Position numbers and translations under genes: made by a program | In this document: positions 1 to 10,331 of the stretch, one piece after another | Position numbering within the stretch: position 1 is the stretch's first letter | Layout: the number at the start of each line of letters is the position of its first letter | Origin: Blastocatellia bacterium | GTDB taxonomy: Bacteria; Acidobacteriota; Blastocatellia; UBA7656 | Assembly: GCA_963765495.1 (NCBI GenBank) | Contig: CAVXWP010000008.1 | Coordinates: 512,001-576,000 of the forward strand | Direction of reading: 5' to 3' | Length of the DNA: 64,000 nt | Notes under the pieces: model-generated | Databases searched by the model: none | Told to the model about the DNA's origin: nothing | The model's input: only the letters and a program-made list of their open reading frames with translations

Positions 1-13
1 GGCCGATCCTGTG

Positions 14-1159
14 TCACGCATTACCCTGAACGTCCAGCAAATAACAGGAATGGGTTTTTATTAGCATCCAGACGCTTTTACCTATTACAAGGTCGAGATC
101 CTCGATTGCCTGAGGAGTGAGGCTTGCGGTCCAGATCACTCCGGTCGAAACAGAGACGAGAACTCGATTGGCGCGTTGCTCGATATCGCTTATGCGCCCG
201 CTTATGACATTTCGCGCAGAAGTCTTTATTGATCCTTGAGTGGTGATCAAAATATCGCCGGATGCTACAGCGATCTTTACGTGAGAGCCTTCGGGCTCGT
301 TTCCCAACGGGACATCCAATAAAGTTACCCCCTGAGAATCTCCGAGTTCCACGGTCATGAAACCTCCCGCCGGATTTCTCGCTATGACTCGACCATCAAA
401 AATGTTCTCTACACCAGTAAGCCTGGCGATGCTTGTGGTGATAGGCCGCCCGAGGACATCAAGAGGCTCGCCGGTCGCAACGATATGGCCTTGATCAAAG
501 AGGATGACTCGTTCTCCAAGCGTAACCGCCTCTTCCCTGCTATGCGTTACGTAGATGATTGGGATTCTGAGGTTACGGTTGATCTTTCTTAAATCGGCAA
601 TGATCCCAAGTTTGGTGCCCTCATCGATTGCGGAGAGCGGCTCATCAAGAAGCAGTATCTTCGGGTTACAAACAAGCACACGCGCAAGGGCAACGCGTTG
701 AGCCTCGCCACCGGAAATGTCTCGCGGTCTGCGGTAGGCAGTATGGTCGATGTGCAGAGCTTCCATCATCGCCATCGCACGCCGTGTTCTCTCTTTTTTA
801 TTAATCGAATTCATCCCAAATTCTACGTTTTCAAGCGAGGTGAGATGTGGGAAGAGAGCAAGGTTTTGAAAAACAAAGCCTACGGCCCGGCTCTTGATAG
901 GAAGATTTATACCGAGTTGGGAATCAAAGAGAGGATCGCCATTAATAGTTATCCGGCCCGAATCGGGTCTTATGATTCCCGCAATTGATTTCAGGGTTGA
1001 GGTTTTGCCTGACCCGGATTTTCCGAAGAGGATCAACACGTCTGATTTAGCCTCGAACTCAAGGTCCAGAATGAATTCCCGCGATAATGCGTCCCGTCGG
1101 GTTGCAGGATCATTCGGATTCGAAGCCGCAAATTTTTTCTTTATCTTTACAGAGAGCAT
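14..1159 (-). CDS. modC: Molybdate ABC transporter ATP-binding subunit with C-terminal TOBE domains
   Basis: Walker A GKSGSGKT, signature ISGGEAQRVALAR, LLLDEP Walker B, TSARN TOBE motif; directly downstream of modB. Confidence 0.92.
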   Translation of the reverse strand: MLSVKIKKKFAASNPNDPATRRDALSREFILDLEFEAKSDVLILFGKSGSGKTSTLKSIAGIIRPDSGRITINGDPLFDSQLGINLPIKSRAVGFVFQNLALFPHLTSLENVEFGMNSINKKERTRRAMAMMEALHIDHTAYRRPRDISGGEAQRVALARVLVCNPKILLLDEPLSAIDEGTKLGIIADLRKINRNLRIPIIYVTHSREEAVTLGERVILFDQGHIVATGEPLDVLGRPITTSIARLTGVENIFDGRVIARNPAGGFMTVELGDSQGVTLLDVPLGNEPEGSHVKIAVASGDILITTQGSIKTSARNVISGRISDIEQRANRVLVSVSTGVIWTASLTPQAIEDLDLVIGKSVWMLIKTHSCYLLDVQGNA

Positions 1160-1187
1160 TAAGACTCGATCTCGAACAAAAGTAGAT

Positions 1188-1856
1188 TTAAGATGATTCC
1201 CTCGAAGTAAGTATATTTGTCAAAAACATGAGAAAGAGTGCAACCGCAGAGAGAATAAGCACAAGCGTAAACGCATAATCTTCCCTCCCGGCCTGGGTTG
1301 CATCATAGATAGCGATAGCAGCGGTTTGCGTGCGACCCGGGATATTTCCCGCCAGCATTAGCGTAGCCCCAAAGTCTCCAAGAGCTCTCGCGAATGCGAG
1401 CATGGCAGCGGCGGCGATACCACGCGCAGAGAGCGGCATAGTCACCCGCCAGAATACCTGCCATTCAGATTGACCAAGCGTTCTCGCCGCGTCTTCAAGA
1501 ACCGGGTCAACCGATTGGATCGCGGCTCTTGCGGTCTTTACGACAAGAGGCAGCGACCCGATGATCGCAGCCACGACTGCCCCCTTCCAGGTAAAGGCTA
1601 TATGCTGCCCCGTCAGTCTTTCGATAACACGCCCCAACCAGCCCGAGCGACTCAGGAGCACAAGCAGGTAATAGCCAAGCACAGTGGGCGGGAGCACAAG
1701 AGGCAGGGTGACTATGGCATCAAGCAATTCGCGACCGGCAAACGACTTTCGAGCCAGAATCCAGCCAAGCCAGACTCCAACTGCCATGACTATGACCGTC
1801 GAGACCACCGCAACACGAAATGACAACAGCAAAGGAAACAAGTCTATTTGATTCAT
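1188..1856 (-). CDS. modB: Molybdate ABC transporter permease
   Basis: TLPLVLPPTVLGYYLL, EDAARTLG EAA loop, FARALGDFGATLMLAGNIPGRTQT; start set at MNQIDL (1856), ORF track extends to 1880. Confidence 0.92.
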   Translation of the reverse strand: MNQIDLFPLLLSFRVAVVSTVIVMAVGVWLGWILARKSFAGRELLDAIVTLPLVLPPTVLGYYLLVLLSRSGWLGRVIERLTGQHIAFTWKGAVVAAIIGSLPLVVKTARAAIQSVDPVLEDAARTLGQSEWQVFWRVTMPLSARGIAAAAMLAFARALGDFGATLMLAGNIPGRTQTAAIAIYDATQAGREDYAFTLVLILSAVALFLMFLTNILTSRESS

Positions 1857-1997
1857 CGGATGTTGAAGATACCACTCCAAAGAATTCTCATCAATTGATC
1901 AACCGAAAGCCCGACGACAAATTCCTGAAATATACTTCGACCTTGTGAAAACAACGTCGCCTCTTTAGGATAAATAGGCTGGACCGAAAGGCAGACT

Positions 1998-3218
1998 ATG
2001 AAGATAGCCATTTTGACAAACGAATATCCTCCAAACATTTACGGGGGCGCTGGAGTCCATGTTGAATACCTGACCAGAGAACTTGCTGCGCTCGAAGGTT
2101 CGCGGCAGGAGTTGGAGGTTTTGTGTTTTGGTGACCAGAACGAGCATATTGAAAACATCGTCGTGAAAGGCATAAACCCGGGATTCGGACTCCCGGCTCA
2201 GGATACCAGACATAAAAAACTCTTCGATACTCTTTTGAGAGACATAATGATGGCAGGTACTGTCGGAAGCGTCGATATCGTCCACTGCCATACGTGGTAC
2301 AGCCACTTTGCAGGTTGCCTCGTTAAGCAACTTTACGGCTGCCCGCTCGTTTTGACTACTCACTCGCTCGAACCTCATCGCCCGTGGAAGACCGAGCAAC
2401 TCGGGTCTGCGTATAGGGCTAGCACCTGGCTTGAAAGGACGGCATACGAAAATGCCGACGGTGTTATCGCCGTATCATCTTCGATGAAAAGGGATGTTCA
2501 GGAACTTTACGGCGTTCAGCCGGATAAGATAAGAGTCATTTACAACGGTATAGACCTGAACCAGTACAGGCCAACACCGAATAACTCGATACTTGAAGAA
2601 TATCAGATCAACCCGAGTACACCCTTCATCCTTTTTGTAGGACGTATCACGCGCCAGAAGGGTATCATTCATCTGGTCAACGCGATCAAGTATCTGGCTC
2701 CTGGCATACAGGTCGTCCTGTGCGCGGGCGCACCCGACACCGAAGAGATTGGCAGAGAGATGGCCGACAAAGTAGCGCAGGCGCGAGGCGAAACCAGTAA
2801 TGAAATAATCTGGATTTCTGATATCGTTCCTAAAGACAAAATCATCAGCCTTTACACTCACGCATCCGTCTTTGTTTGCCCTTCGGTTTATGAACCCTTT
2901 GGAATTATCAACCTGGAAGCGATGGCCTGCGAGACTCCTGTTGTAGCTTCGGCTGTCGGGGGCATACCCGAAGTAGTCGTTGATGGGGAAACCGGAATAC
3001 TGGTTCATTTCGAGCAGGTTGGTCCAACCGATTTTGAGCCGCAGAACCCCGACAGGTTTTCGCGCGACCTGGCCTCGGCTGTCAATGAATTGCTTGGTTC
3101 GCCTGAAAGGATATCGGCGATGGGTCTGGCTTCAAGAAAGAGAGTTGAAGAGTATTTTAGCTGGACCAGCATAGCCCGCCAAACACTCCAATTTTATAGG
3201 GATATAACAGGGGCATAA
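1998..3218 (+). CDS. GT4-family glycogen synthase, GlgM/actinobacterial GlgA type (possible maltose-1-phosphate synthase)
   Basis: LTNEYPPNIYGGAGVHVEYL, HCHTWY, THSLEPHRPWKTEQLG, FVGRITRQKG, PSVYEPFGIINLEAMAC. Confidence 0.88.
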   Translation: MKIAILTNEYPPNIYGGAGVHVEYLTRELAALEGSRQELEVLCFGDQNEHIENIVVKGINPGFGLPAQDTRHKKLFDTLLRDIMMAGTVGSVDIVHCHTWYSHFAGCLVKQLYGCPLVLTTHSLEPHRPWKTEQLGSAYRASTWLERTAYENADGVIAVSSSMKRDVQELYGVQPDKIRVIYNGIDLNQYRPTPNNSILEEYQINPSTPFILFVGRITRQKGIIHLVNAIKYLAPGIQVVLCAGAPDTEEIGREMADKVAQARGETSNEIIWISDIVPKDKIISLYTHASVFVCPSVYEPFGIINLEAMACETPVVASAVGGIPEVVVDGETGILVHFEQVGPTDFEPQNPDRFSRDLASAVNELLGSPERISAMGLASRKRVEEYFSWTSIARQTLQFYRDITGA

Positions 3219-3222
3219 CGGA

Positions 3223-3280
3223 ATTTCCAGTATCCGCCGATTTTGGGTCATCAAATCTCAAATCGGCGGATACTGGAAAT
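3223..3280. terminator. Perfect 21-bp inverted repeat between convergent genes (probable bidirectional terminator)
   Basis: ATTTCCAGTATCCGCCGATTT ... AAATCGGCGGATACTGGAAAT. Confidence 0.7.
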
Positions 3281-3284
3281 CAGA

Positions 3285-4382
3285 TCATTCGAAGACTCCC
3301 TTTATAGACACTTCGGCCTGAGGCATTTCGGGATCATTTGTTTCGATCACGAGCTTCCCATCGAAGTTACCGCGCGACTTGATCATCGCCTTATCTATCG
3401 AGAGATCTATTTTGTAGGACTCTCCGTCCTTCTCCGTGACAACATTCCATTTAATGAAAGGCAGGGTCGAGGTAACGCTCTTTATCTTCAATCCGGTTTC
3501 ACGAAGCCTGCGAACGTGGATGGATGGGAGGTTCCCTACGTTATTCTCGCCTTCCATCGGCATCTTCGGCAAAATTATCGCGCCGGGCGACACAAATACG
3601 AGAGGGAGAATCTTTACCTCAAGCGGTATGTCCATCTCAGGTTGCGCCTTGTCATCGGTTATGATCTTAAGCGTCTGAGTGTGCTCGCCAGGTTTGAGCG
3701 AAGGGTTTGTAGAGATGTTCAATTCATATCGTTTCCCATCTTCGATAGGCTGAAAATCTACGTAAAAATTTGTCCCGCCGGCCTGAACATCCTTTACATG
3801 GACAGATTTCCCCTCGGCCGCTCGCAAGTACATCGTTATTCGCGTGCTGGTTCCGAACAGGGCTGCCGAGACCCATCGGTCATTCGGCCAGATGCTTAAA
3901 GGGCCAGATGGTTTCGCAGGCGGCAGCGGCGGCGCAGGCGCAGCCTTTACCGCGTTAGGCGAATCAGGTGGCTTCTCAAATTTGAAGTAGGCCCGCAGAA
4001 CCAGATTAAACTGCAAGTGATCGGGATCATTGGTAGTTACGCTGGCAGACTTAGCAACCTCTCCGTTGTAGCCCGCCGTATGCGCGATTGCAAGTGTGAT
4101 TTTTCCCTCCTGACCAGGAGCGACGACTCCATCAAAGTCGGTTGCCGTGCATCCTCAGCCAGGTTTGACTGCTTTTATTATCAGGTCCGCCTTCCCTTTA
4201 TTCTTTACTTTGAAAGAATAAGAGAGCGATGAACCACTCTTCACTTCCCCGAAGTCATGAGTAAGGGAATCAATTGAGAGCTTTGGCAAATCCTCGCCCT
4301 GTGACTCCTTCCCCCTCTCTTGCGCGACAGCGACGAGGGCAAATGAAAGCAGGAGAACCAGCGAGATAAACGTTCTCTTCAT
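3285..4382 (-). CDS. Secreted DUF1573 / Ig-like repeat protein read through an in-frame TGA (probable selenoprotein, 365 aa)
   Basis: ORFs 4155..4412 and 3285..4016 share a frame. The 46 codons after TGA 4155-4157 are open: AVKPG-TGA-GCTATDFDGVVAPGQEGKITL...VTTNDP, matching the DUF1573 CGCT...PG.EG.I...TND pattern. Signal peptide MKRTFISLVLLLSFALVAVA. Confidence 0.75.
4112..4154 (-). promoter_or_regulatory. Candidate bacterial SECIS hairpin 3' of the in-frame UGA
   Basis: UGA GGAUGCACGGCAAC-CGACUU-UGAUG-GAGUCG-UCGC: 6-7 bp upper stem with an apical G about 21 nt after the UGA. Confidence 0.5.
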
Positions 4383-4542
4383 ATTTCGCACCCCATTAGA
4401 AATTGAATTCATAAGCGCCGAAAGTTTAACAGATCACCAAAAGGATGTCAGCAATCAATTGAATGAGAGTGACATTTTTTGAGGTGCCTCGACATACGGG
4501 CCTGATGCGGCGCGGCCAACTGATGTGGTATTGTTAGCTCCG

Positions 4543-5529
4543 ATGAGAGTTATTCCACTGGGAACAAGCTCAGGCAAGCCTACACTGAAGCGCAATGTCA
4601 GCGCGCTGGCGGTAGCTCGCGAAGGCGAGTGGCTTCTGTTTGACTGTGGAGAGGCCACACAGATGCAGATCGCAAGGGCCGGTCTGAGTCATTCTAAGCT
4701 TTCCGCTATCTTTATAACGCATCTGCACGGAGATCATTTCAACGGGCTGTCGGGTCTACTCTCTACAATGGGATTAGACAACAGGACACATCGCCTGACG
4801 CTTGTCGGGCCACGCGGCATCGGAGATTATCTGAATACCCTTTCGCGGCTGAAGATCCTCTATGTGAATTACCCGCTCGTCTTGAGGGAGTACGATCCCA
4901 GCGACTATACGAGAGATGAGAAGGTGCGACAACCAAGATCACGAAGAGATCCGAAACCAGTTGATAGTGAGCCCTCATCAGGGCCTATTTACGTTTATGA
5001 GGAATCTGATTACACAGTATCAGCGATGCCACTTGATCATCGCATTTTTGATCTCGGCTACAGGATCGAAGAGCGTCTGAAACCGGGCCGATTCAATCTT
5101 GAGCATGCTCGCGCTCTTGGTATACCCGAGGGGCCTTTGTTTGGACAACTGCAATCAGGTAAAGAGGTCCGGCTGGCAAACGGACGGCTCATCAAACCTG
5201 AACAGGTTCTGGGCGAACCCAGACCGGGAAAGTCAATCGCCTATTGCACCGACACACGCCCCTGTAAGGCATCCATCGAGCTTGCGCGGAATGCTGACCT
5301 GCTCATCCATGAAGCGACATTCGATCAGGCGATGACGGCAGAGGCCGATCAGTATGGTCACTCGACCGCAGCCCAGGCTGCGAGTATCGCCCGAGAGGCC
5401 GAGGCAAAGCGGCTTTTGATAACGCACTTCAGTACGCGATTCCCCGACCCCGCGCCTTTACTGGAAGAGGCCCGCGTCGTGTTCCCTGAAACAATTCTGG
5501 CGCAGGATTTAACAGAGGTAGTCGTGTAG
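4543..5529 (+). CDS. rnz: Ribonuclease Z
   Basis: LGTSSGKPT, FDCGEATQ, THLHGDH metallo-beta-lactamase motif, exosite GIPEGPLFGQLQ, HEATF, GHST, THFS. Confidence 0.93.
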   Translation: MRVIPLGTSSGKPTLKRNVSALAVAREGEWLLFDCGEATQMQIARAGLSHSKLSAIFITHLHGDHFNGLSGLLSTMGLDNRTHRLTLVGPRGIGDYLNTLSRLKILYVNYPLVLREYDPSDYTRDEKVRQPRSRRDPKPVDSEPSSGPIYVYEESDYTVSAMPLDHRIFDLGYRIEERLKPGRFNLEHARALGIPEGPLFGQLQSGKEVRLANGRLIKPEQVLGEPRPGKSIAYCTDTRPCKASIELARNADLLIHEATFDQAMTAEADQYGHSTAAQAASIAREAEAKRLLITHFSTRFPDPAPLLEEARVVFPETILAQDLTEVVV

Positions 5530-5574
5530 TCGCAAGGCAAGGAAAATCGTTTTTGCTCGATAATATCCATCAAA

Positions 5575-5952
5575 ATGATCATCGCTATTGGAATAGATAT
5601 AGTAGAAATTTCAAGGATCGAAGAGACCATGGCCCGTCAGGGGGAAAGGTTTCTGAAACGTGTTTTCACATTGTCTGAAAGGGGCTACTGTGACGGTCGC
5701 TCCTCGCGGATTGCCAGTTATGCAGCAAGGTTTGCGGCAAAAGAGGCTGTTATGAAAGCTCTGGGCACGGGTTGGGACAAGGGGATAAGCTGGCAGGATA
5801 TAGAAGTCATTCGCGGCGAAAGCGGTCCCCCCTCTATACATCTGGCTGGTCTTGCGCTTGAGCGTTTCCATTCAGTTGGGGGAAAAAGAATTCACCTCTC
5901 ACTCTCACATTCTCGGGACACGGCCATAGCGCAGGTCATCTTTGAAACCTGA
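5575..5952 (+). CDS. acpS: Holo-[acyl-carrier-protein] synthase
   Basis: GIDIVEISR, AARFAAKEAVMKALGTG, HLSLSH. Confidence 0.95.
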   Translation: MIIAIGIDIVEISRIEETMARQGERFLKRVFTLSERGYCDGRSSRIASYAARFAAKEAVMKALGTGWDKGISWQDIEVIRGESGPPSIHLAGLALERFHSVGGKRIHLSLSHSRDTAIAQVIFET

Positions 5953-6068
5953 TCCCTTTCTTAAATTCACAGGGCAGACAAAATACGGAAAACTTGACCA
6001 TATTATGCTCTGTCGTTATTCTTCCAATCGGTCTGCCAGCTCACATCAGTCATTATTTTTGGTATGTA

Positions 6069-6953
6069 ATGAAGAGATCATACTCGACAACCGAGCTTGC
6101 GAAGATGTGGGATGTAAGCGAGTCCACGATAAAGCGGTGGGCAGATGCAGGAATGTTGAAATGCCGGAAGACGGTCGGAGGACACAGGAAGTTTGATCTT
6201 GAAGGGGTAAATGAATTCCAAGCGAAAACCGGATTGTTTCCCTGCAAATTCTCGATTGAGAATTGTCAGGAACATGTGGCCAGAGAGATTGCCCGCATAG
6301 AGTCCCTGATCGCGGTTTCCGATTTTTCCACGCTCAAAGATACATACCGTCAAGCCGCGCTCGGCGGGAGATGCGATCTCACATCGACGATGCTCAGGCT
6401 TGCGACTCAGCAAGGAATCTCTTTCATAGACATCATAGAGAAGATCATTCGTCCGGCGATGATGGAAATAGGAGAGATGTGGCGCGCTGGAAAGGTGCAG
6501 GTCTACGAGGAGCATCTGGCTACATTTGCGACTATCCAGGCGCTCTCCGAGCCTTCTGCAACACTCAGCGAAAATTCCGATCCCGATCAGATTGCGATTG
6601 TGGGATGCTCAGAGAGCGAAATTCATCAAATGGCTTCGCTGATCGTTGGGCGCGTTCTGGAGGAAGCGGGCTGGTCGGTGATAGACATGGGCCCACACAC
6701 TCCGCTCTTTTCGTTTGCAGATGCCATCAACAGGCTAAAGCCTGGTCTCGTCTGTATCTCGATTACAATGATAGATAATCTGGAACGAGCCGCCCGAGAT
6801 TATGATGTCCTTCGACGTGCCGCCTCGGCCAACAACACAAAGATAATTCTGGGTGGAAAAGCCTTGAGCGATGAGGGAGCGCGAACCAGATTCCAGGGAG
6901 CCGCCTACGCTACCGATCTATACGAACTGATGGAGATTTTACAAAAGCTTTAG
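6069..6953 (+). CDS. MerR/excisionase-type HTH regulator with cobalamin-binding domains (CarH/LitR-like)
   Basis: STTELAKMWDVSESTIKRWAD...TVGGHRKF HTH; W-x9-EH (WRAGKVQVYEEH); SESEIHQM B12 His loop; Rossmann tail ILGG. Confidence 0.82.
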   Translation: MKRSYSTTELAKMWDVSESTIKRWADAGMLKCRKTVGGHRKFDLEGVNEFQAKTGLFPCKFSIENCQEHVAREIARIESLIAVSDFSTLKDTYRQAALGGRCDLTSTMLRLATQQGISFIDIIEKIIRPAMMEIGEMWRAGKVQVYEEHLATFATIQALSEPSATLSENSDPDQIAIVGCSESEIHQMASLIVGRVLEEAGWSVIDMGPHTPLFSFADAINRLKPGLVCISITMIDNLERAARDYDVLRRAASANNTKIILGGKALSDEGARTRFQGAAYATDLYELMEILQKL

Positions 6954-6959
6954 CGGTCG

Positions 6960-7072
6960 ATGATGCGGTGGGTGATGCGTGATGCGTGATTTAACAGTCT
7001 TGCAAGTATTCTTTAACTGGTGACATCTCTAATAGTCACGCATCACGCATCACGCATCATCCACCGCATCAC
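6960..7072. repeat. Inverted pair of heptamer tandem repeats (GTGATGC)n/(GCATCAC)n forming a long hairpin between convergent genes
   Basis: GATGCGGTGGGTGATGCGTGATGCGTGAT ... GTCACGCATCACGCATCACGCATCATCCACCGCATC. Confidence 0.7.
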
Positions 7073-7082
7073 GTATCTTGAT

Positions 7083-8612
7083 TCAAACAACGGCAATAAG
7101 TTCGCGCAGCGATAGGTCGGATTCGAGGTTGCGGAGCTTTGCGAATGCGGCAGCCTCGATCTGTCTTACGCGTTCTCTGGTTACAGACAAATCCTGGCCA
7201 ATCTCTTCCAGTGTCCGAGGCTCGGTCCCCGCATCCAATCCGAAATGCATTCGCAGGATTTTTGCTTCACGCGGTGTGAGCCGTGCAAGCGCTCGTTGTA
7301 TGGCATCTCTTCGGGATCGATCAACCGCGGAAAGGAAGGGGTTGGCGCTATTTCCGTCATCAATGAAGTTGACGGCTGTTTCCCCGTTATCGTTGGCCGC
7401 GACATCGAGCGGGATCGTATGGTGCGCATAGCCACGCGCTTCCTTAACTCTCTCAGCCTCAATATCGAGCCGTTCTGCGATCTCTACATTCGAAGGCTCC
7501 GATGCATTCTCGTCGCTCAGCGCGCGAGCAACCCGACCAACTCTGTTTATCAGGGTCAACTCGGAGGCGGGAAGCCTTACAACCCTGCTTTGTGTGTCGA
7601 GCGCACGAGCCATTGATTGTCTGATCCACCACATAGCGTAAGTGGAAAATCGAAATCCCCGTCGCCAGTCGAATTTCTCTACGGCGCGCATCAAGCCTAC
7701 GTTACCCTCCTGAATGAGGTCGAGGAAAGGCAAACCTCGGCCGGAAAACTGGCGAGCTACGGAGATCACAAGGCGCAGGTTAGAGACCGTCATGCGTTGT
7801 TTTGCCGCGTAGAGCGCCGCTGCTTCCCTCTTCACAAACCTGGCTAATTTATCAAGCCCTGCGGGCGTGGCCAATCGCTTATCAATGACTCTCTTGAGCG
7901 CGGCTTTGAGCTCGAAACCTTCAAGGTCGGCCTCAACCATGTCTACGGAATCGGTCGCCTCGCCTTCACGCGAAGCAAGTATCGCAGCCCGCTCAAGAAG
8001 CAAAGCCAGGCGGCGTTCGGTGGCTGGTGTAAAGGTGATCACTTTGAGGGCACGTGAAAGAAGTACCCTCGATCTCGATTGACTTTCGATGCTAGGTTTT
8101 TGATTCCGCGCTCTTCTAACAGATTTGCTTTGTCTTAAAGGACCAGTGGTTCGGGCAGAAAGAGAATTTTGGAATGCGGCAGCTACTAATTCAAGCGCCT
8201 TCAAAGCCTTTTCAGAAAGAGAGGCATCGAGGTCGGATGCAACATCTTCTGAAATACTTTCTACTATCTCAGCAATATTCTCTCCCTTTAAGAGAAGCGA
8301 ATCTTTGAGATGGAGCGAAAATTCAGCCACTATAGGCGAATGCGACAACAGCCGCATTAACCGCCCGCGTGCTCTTTCTATCTTCTTTGCTGCCTCGATC
8401 TCCCCGGACGCGTCAAGCATCGGGGCGCGGCTCGCCTCCCTCAAATAAAGTTTTAGCAGGTCCGTCTTATCAATCTCTTCTGCCTTTTGAGTCTCTTTCT
8501 CTTCGAGAAACTCATCTTCCTGCTCAAAAAAATCGGATCCTCCAAGGTGGGAATGAGCATCATCATACTGATTCTGGTCTCTTGCTGTCATAGCTCGTGG
8601 GTCCTCCGGCAC
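7083..8612 (-). CDS. RNA polymerase sigma-70 factor, RpoD/RpoS-like group 2
   Basis: Region 1.2 LKLYLRE; [45 protein letters not shown]; region 4 [20 protein letters not shown]; no region 1.1. Confidence 0.9.
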   Translation of the reverse strand: MPEDPRAMTARDQNQYDDAHSHLGGSDFFEQEDEFLEEKETQKAEEIDKTDLLKLYLREASRAPMLDASGEIEAAKKIERARGRLMRLLSHSPIVAEFSLHLKDSLLLKGENIAEIVESISEDVASDLDASLSEKALKALELVAAAFQNSLSARTTGPLRQSKSVRRARNQKPSIESQSRSRVLLSRALKVITFTPATERRLALLLERAAILASREGEATDSVDMVEADLEGFELKAALKRVIDKRLATPAGLDKLARFVKREAAALYAAKQRMTVSNLRLVISVARQFSGRGLPFLDLIQEGNVGLMRAVEKFDWRRGFRFSTYAMWWIRQSMARALDTQSRVVRLPASELTLINRVGRVARALSDENASEPSNVEIAERLDIEAERVKEARGYAHHTIPLDVAANDNGETAVNFIDDGNSANPFLSAVDRSRRDAIQRALARLTPREAKILRMHFGLDAGTEPRTLEEIGQDLSVTRERVRQIEAAAFAKLRNLESDLSLRELIAVV

Positions 8613-8817
8613 CCCTTCATAGTTCCAATCAACCTGAAAGAACTCTTTATTCCCAGTGCCCCAACAATAGCTCAGAATTTATTCTACCAAATCGCTCAAA
8701 ACGTGCAAAATTAAAAATATTAATGCTGGAGGGTCTGTCTCGCTAATATCTCGATACAATTATACAAGACAAAAACGAGCAAAACGCTCAACACTCCGTC
8801 TGTTTTTTATTGAGGAA

Positions 8818-10263
8818 ATGAAGCGGGACCGTATAGAATTAATATTGATGCTAAGAGACAGGCCATTTCCCCGCTTTGTTCATCGTGTTTACATTCTATG
8901 GACGCTGGTTGGCTTCGCCTTTTTGATTTACCTCGAATCGCGTGGGTGGATAGGAGAGGCCGGAGAGGAGAAGTCAAAGGTTCTGAGGAGACAGGCAGTC
9001 AGGTTGCGAAACAGGCTGATCAGGCTTGGGCCGACGTTTATAAAAATGGGCCAGATGCTTGCTACACGGGCTGATCTTTTGCCGCTTGAATACGTGCAGG
9101 AATTGAGCGCGCTACAGGATAATGTGCCGCCCTTTTCCGATTCACAGGCGATGGCAGTGATCGAGATGGAAACGGGGCGGCCTATAGGAGAGATGTTTTC
9201 AGATATTGGAAGCAAGCCGATTGCATCGGCGAGTCTGGGCCAGGTCTACGCTGCGAGTCTATTCTCGGGTGAGAGGGTAGCGGTCAAGGTTCAGCGCCCG
9301 AACCTTGAGAGCATAGTGGCACAGGATATCGAGGCGCTCACCTGGCTTGGGCGGCTGGCAGACCGCTTTCCAGGGCTCTTTCCGGGCGCGGAATGGCTTG
9401 GGGCGATAAACGAATTTGACCGAGTGATTCATGAGGAGATGGATTACCGGCGCGAAGCGGAGAACCTTGAGCGATTCAAGGATAATTTCAGGGAATGGAA
9501 ATCAATCTTTGTACCACGCACGTTTAAGGAGTTTTCCAGCAAGCGGGTTCTGGTAATGGAATTCGTGAGCGGGACTCGAATCAATGACTTGCCCCGACTT
9601 GGGGCGAGCGGGCATAGCGCCCGACATTTAAACGAGCTGCTATACCGGGCATATTTCAAGCAGTTGCTCGAAGACGGCTTTTTTCACGCCGATCCTCACC
9701 CCGGGAATCTGCTTGTGATGGAGGATGGGCGTTTAGCCTTCCTCGATTTTGGGATGGTTGGAACCCTTTCTGCCGAGTTGCAGAGACAGATGATCGATGT
9801 ATTTTTTCATCTTTACTCACGAAACATCAATGCGCTTGTAGACGACCTGGTCGGGCTCGGTTTTCTAAAACCGGAGGCAGACATGGTTTCCTTCCGCACC
9901 GTCGTGGCCAATGTCTTCGCTCGCAAACTGAACCTGCCTTTGAGGGAGGTGAGAATCCGAGACCTTACCTATGATCTGGCCCCGATCATGTATGAGTACC
10001 CGATCACGACCCCTGCACGTTTCACATTTTTAATTCGCGCGATAATGACGTTAGAAGGCGTCAGCATAGTGATGAACCCCGATTTCGTCTTCTTTGAGGT
10101 TGCAGGCCCTTATGTTCGGGATTTCCTCTTCAAACGCGAGTCGGCAAGGTTAAGGCAGATGGCATTTGACTCATTGAAGGATGCGCAAACCGGGCGGTTT
10201 GAGTGGGACCGCCTCTGGACGATGGCGAAGATGGTTTTCTCGCTCGCGGTCGGACGAATTTGA
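8818..10263 (+). CDS. ABC1/AarF/UbiB-family atypical kinase
   Basis: LGPTFIKMGQ, ASASLGQVY, VAVKVQRP, FFHADPHPGN, LDFGMVG. Confidence 0.92.
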   Translation: MKRDRIELILMLRDRPFPRFVHRVYILWTLVGFAFLIYLESRGWIGEAGEEKSKVLRRQAVRLRNRLIRLGPTFIKMGQMLATRADLLPLEYVQELSALQDNVPPFSDSQAMAVIEMETGRPIGEMFSDIGSKPIASASLGQVYAASLFSGERVAVKVQRPNLESIVAQDIEALTWLGRLADRFPGLFPGAEWLGAINEFDRVIHEEMDYRREAENLERFKDNFREWKSIFVPRTFKEFSSKRVLVMEFVSGTRINDLPRLGASGHSARHLNELLYRAYFKQLLEDGFFHADPHPGNLLVMEDGRLAFLDFGMVGTLSAELQRQMIDVFFHLYSRNINALVDDLVGLGFLKPEADMVSFRTVVANVFARKLNLPLREVRIRDLTYDLAPIMYEYPITTPARFTFLIRAIMTLEGVSIVMNPDFVFFEVAGPYVRDFLFKRESARLRQMAFDSLKDAQTGRFEWDRLWTMAKMVFSLAVGRI

Positions 10264-10331
10264 GCGGAGACCGCTAGCACGTAGTTACATATCTCTGGAA
10301 TCGACTGCGATTGGTTTTCGACCGCCGGAAA

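Noticed and set aside
4900-4990. Charged insertion in RNase Z as a possible intein or mobile insert
   Set aside because: Only about 25 low-complexity residues with no intein motifs; likely a surface loop
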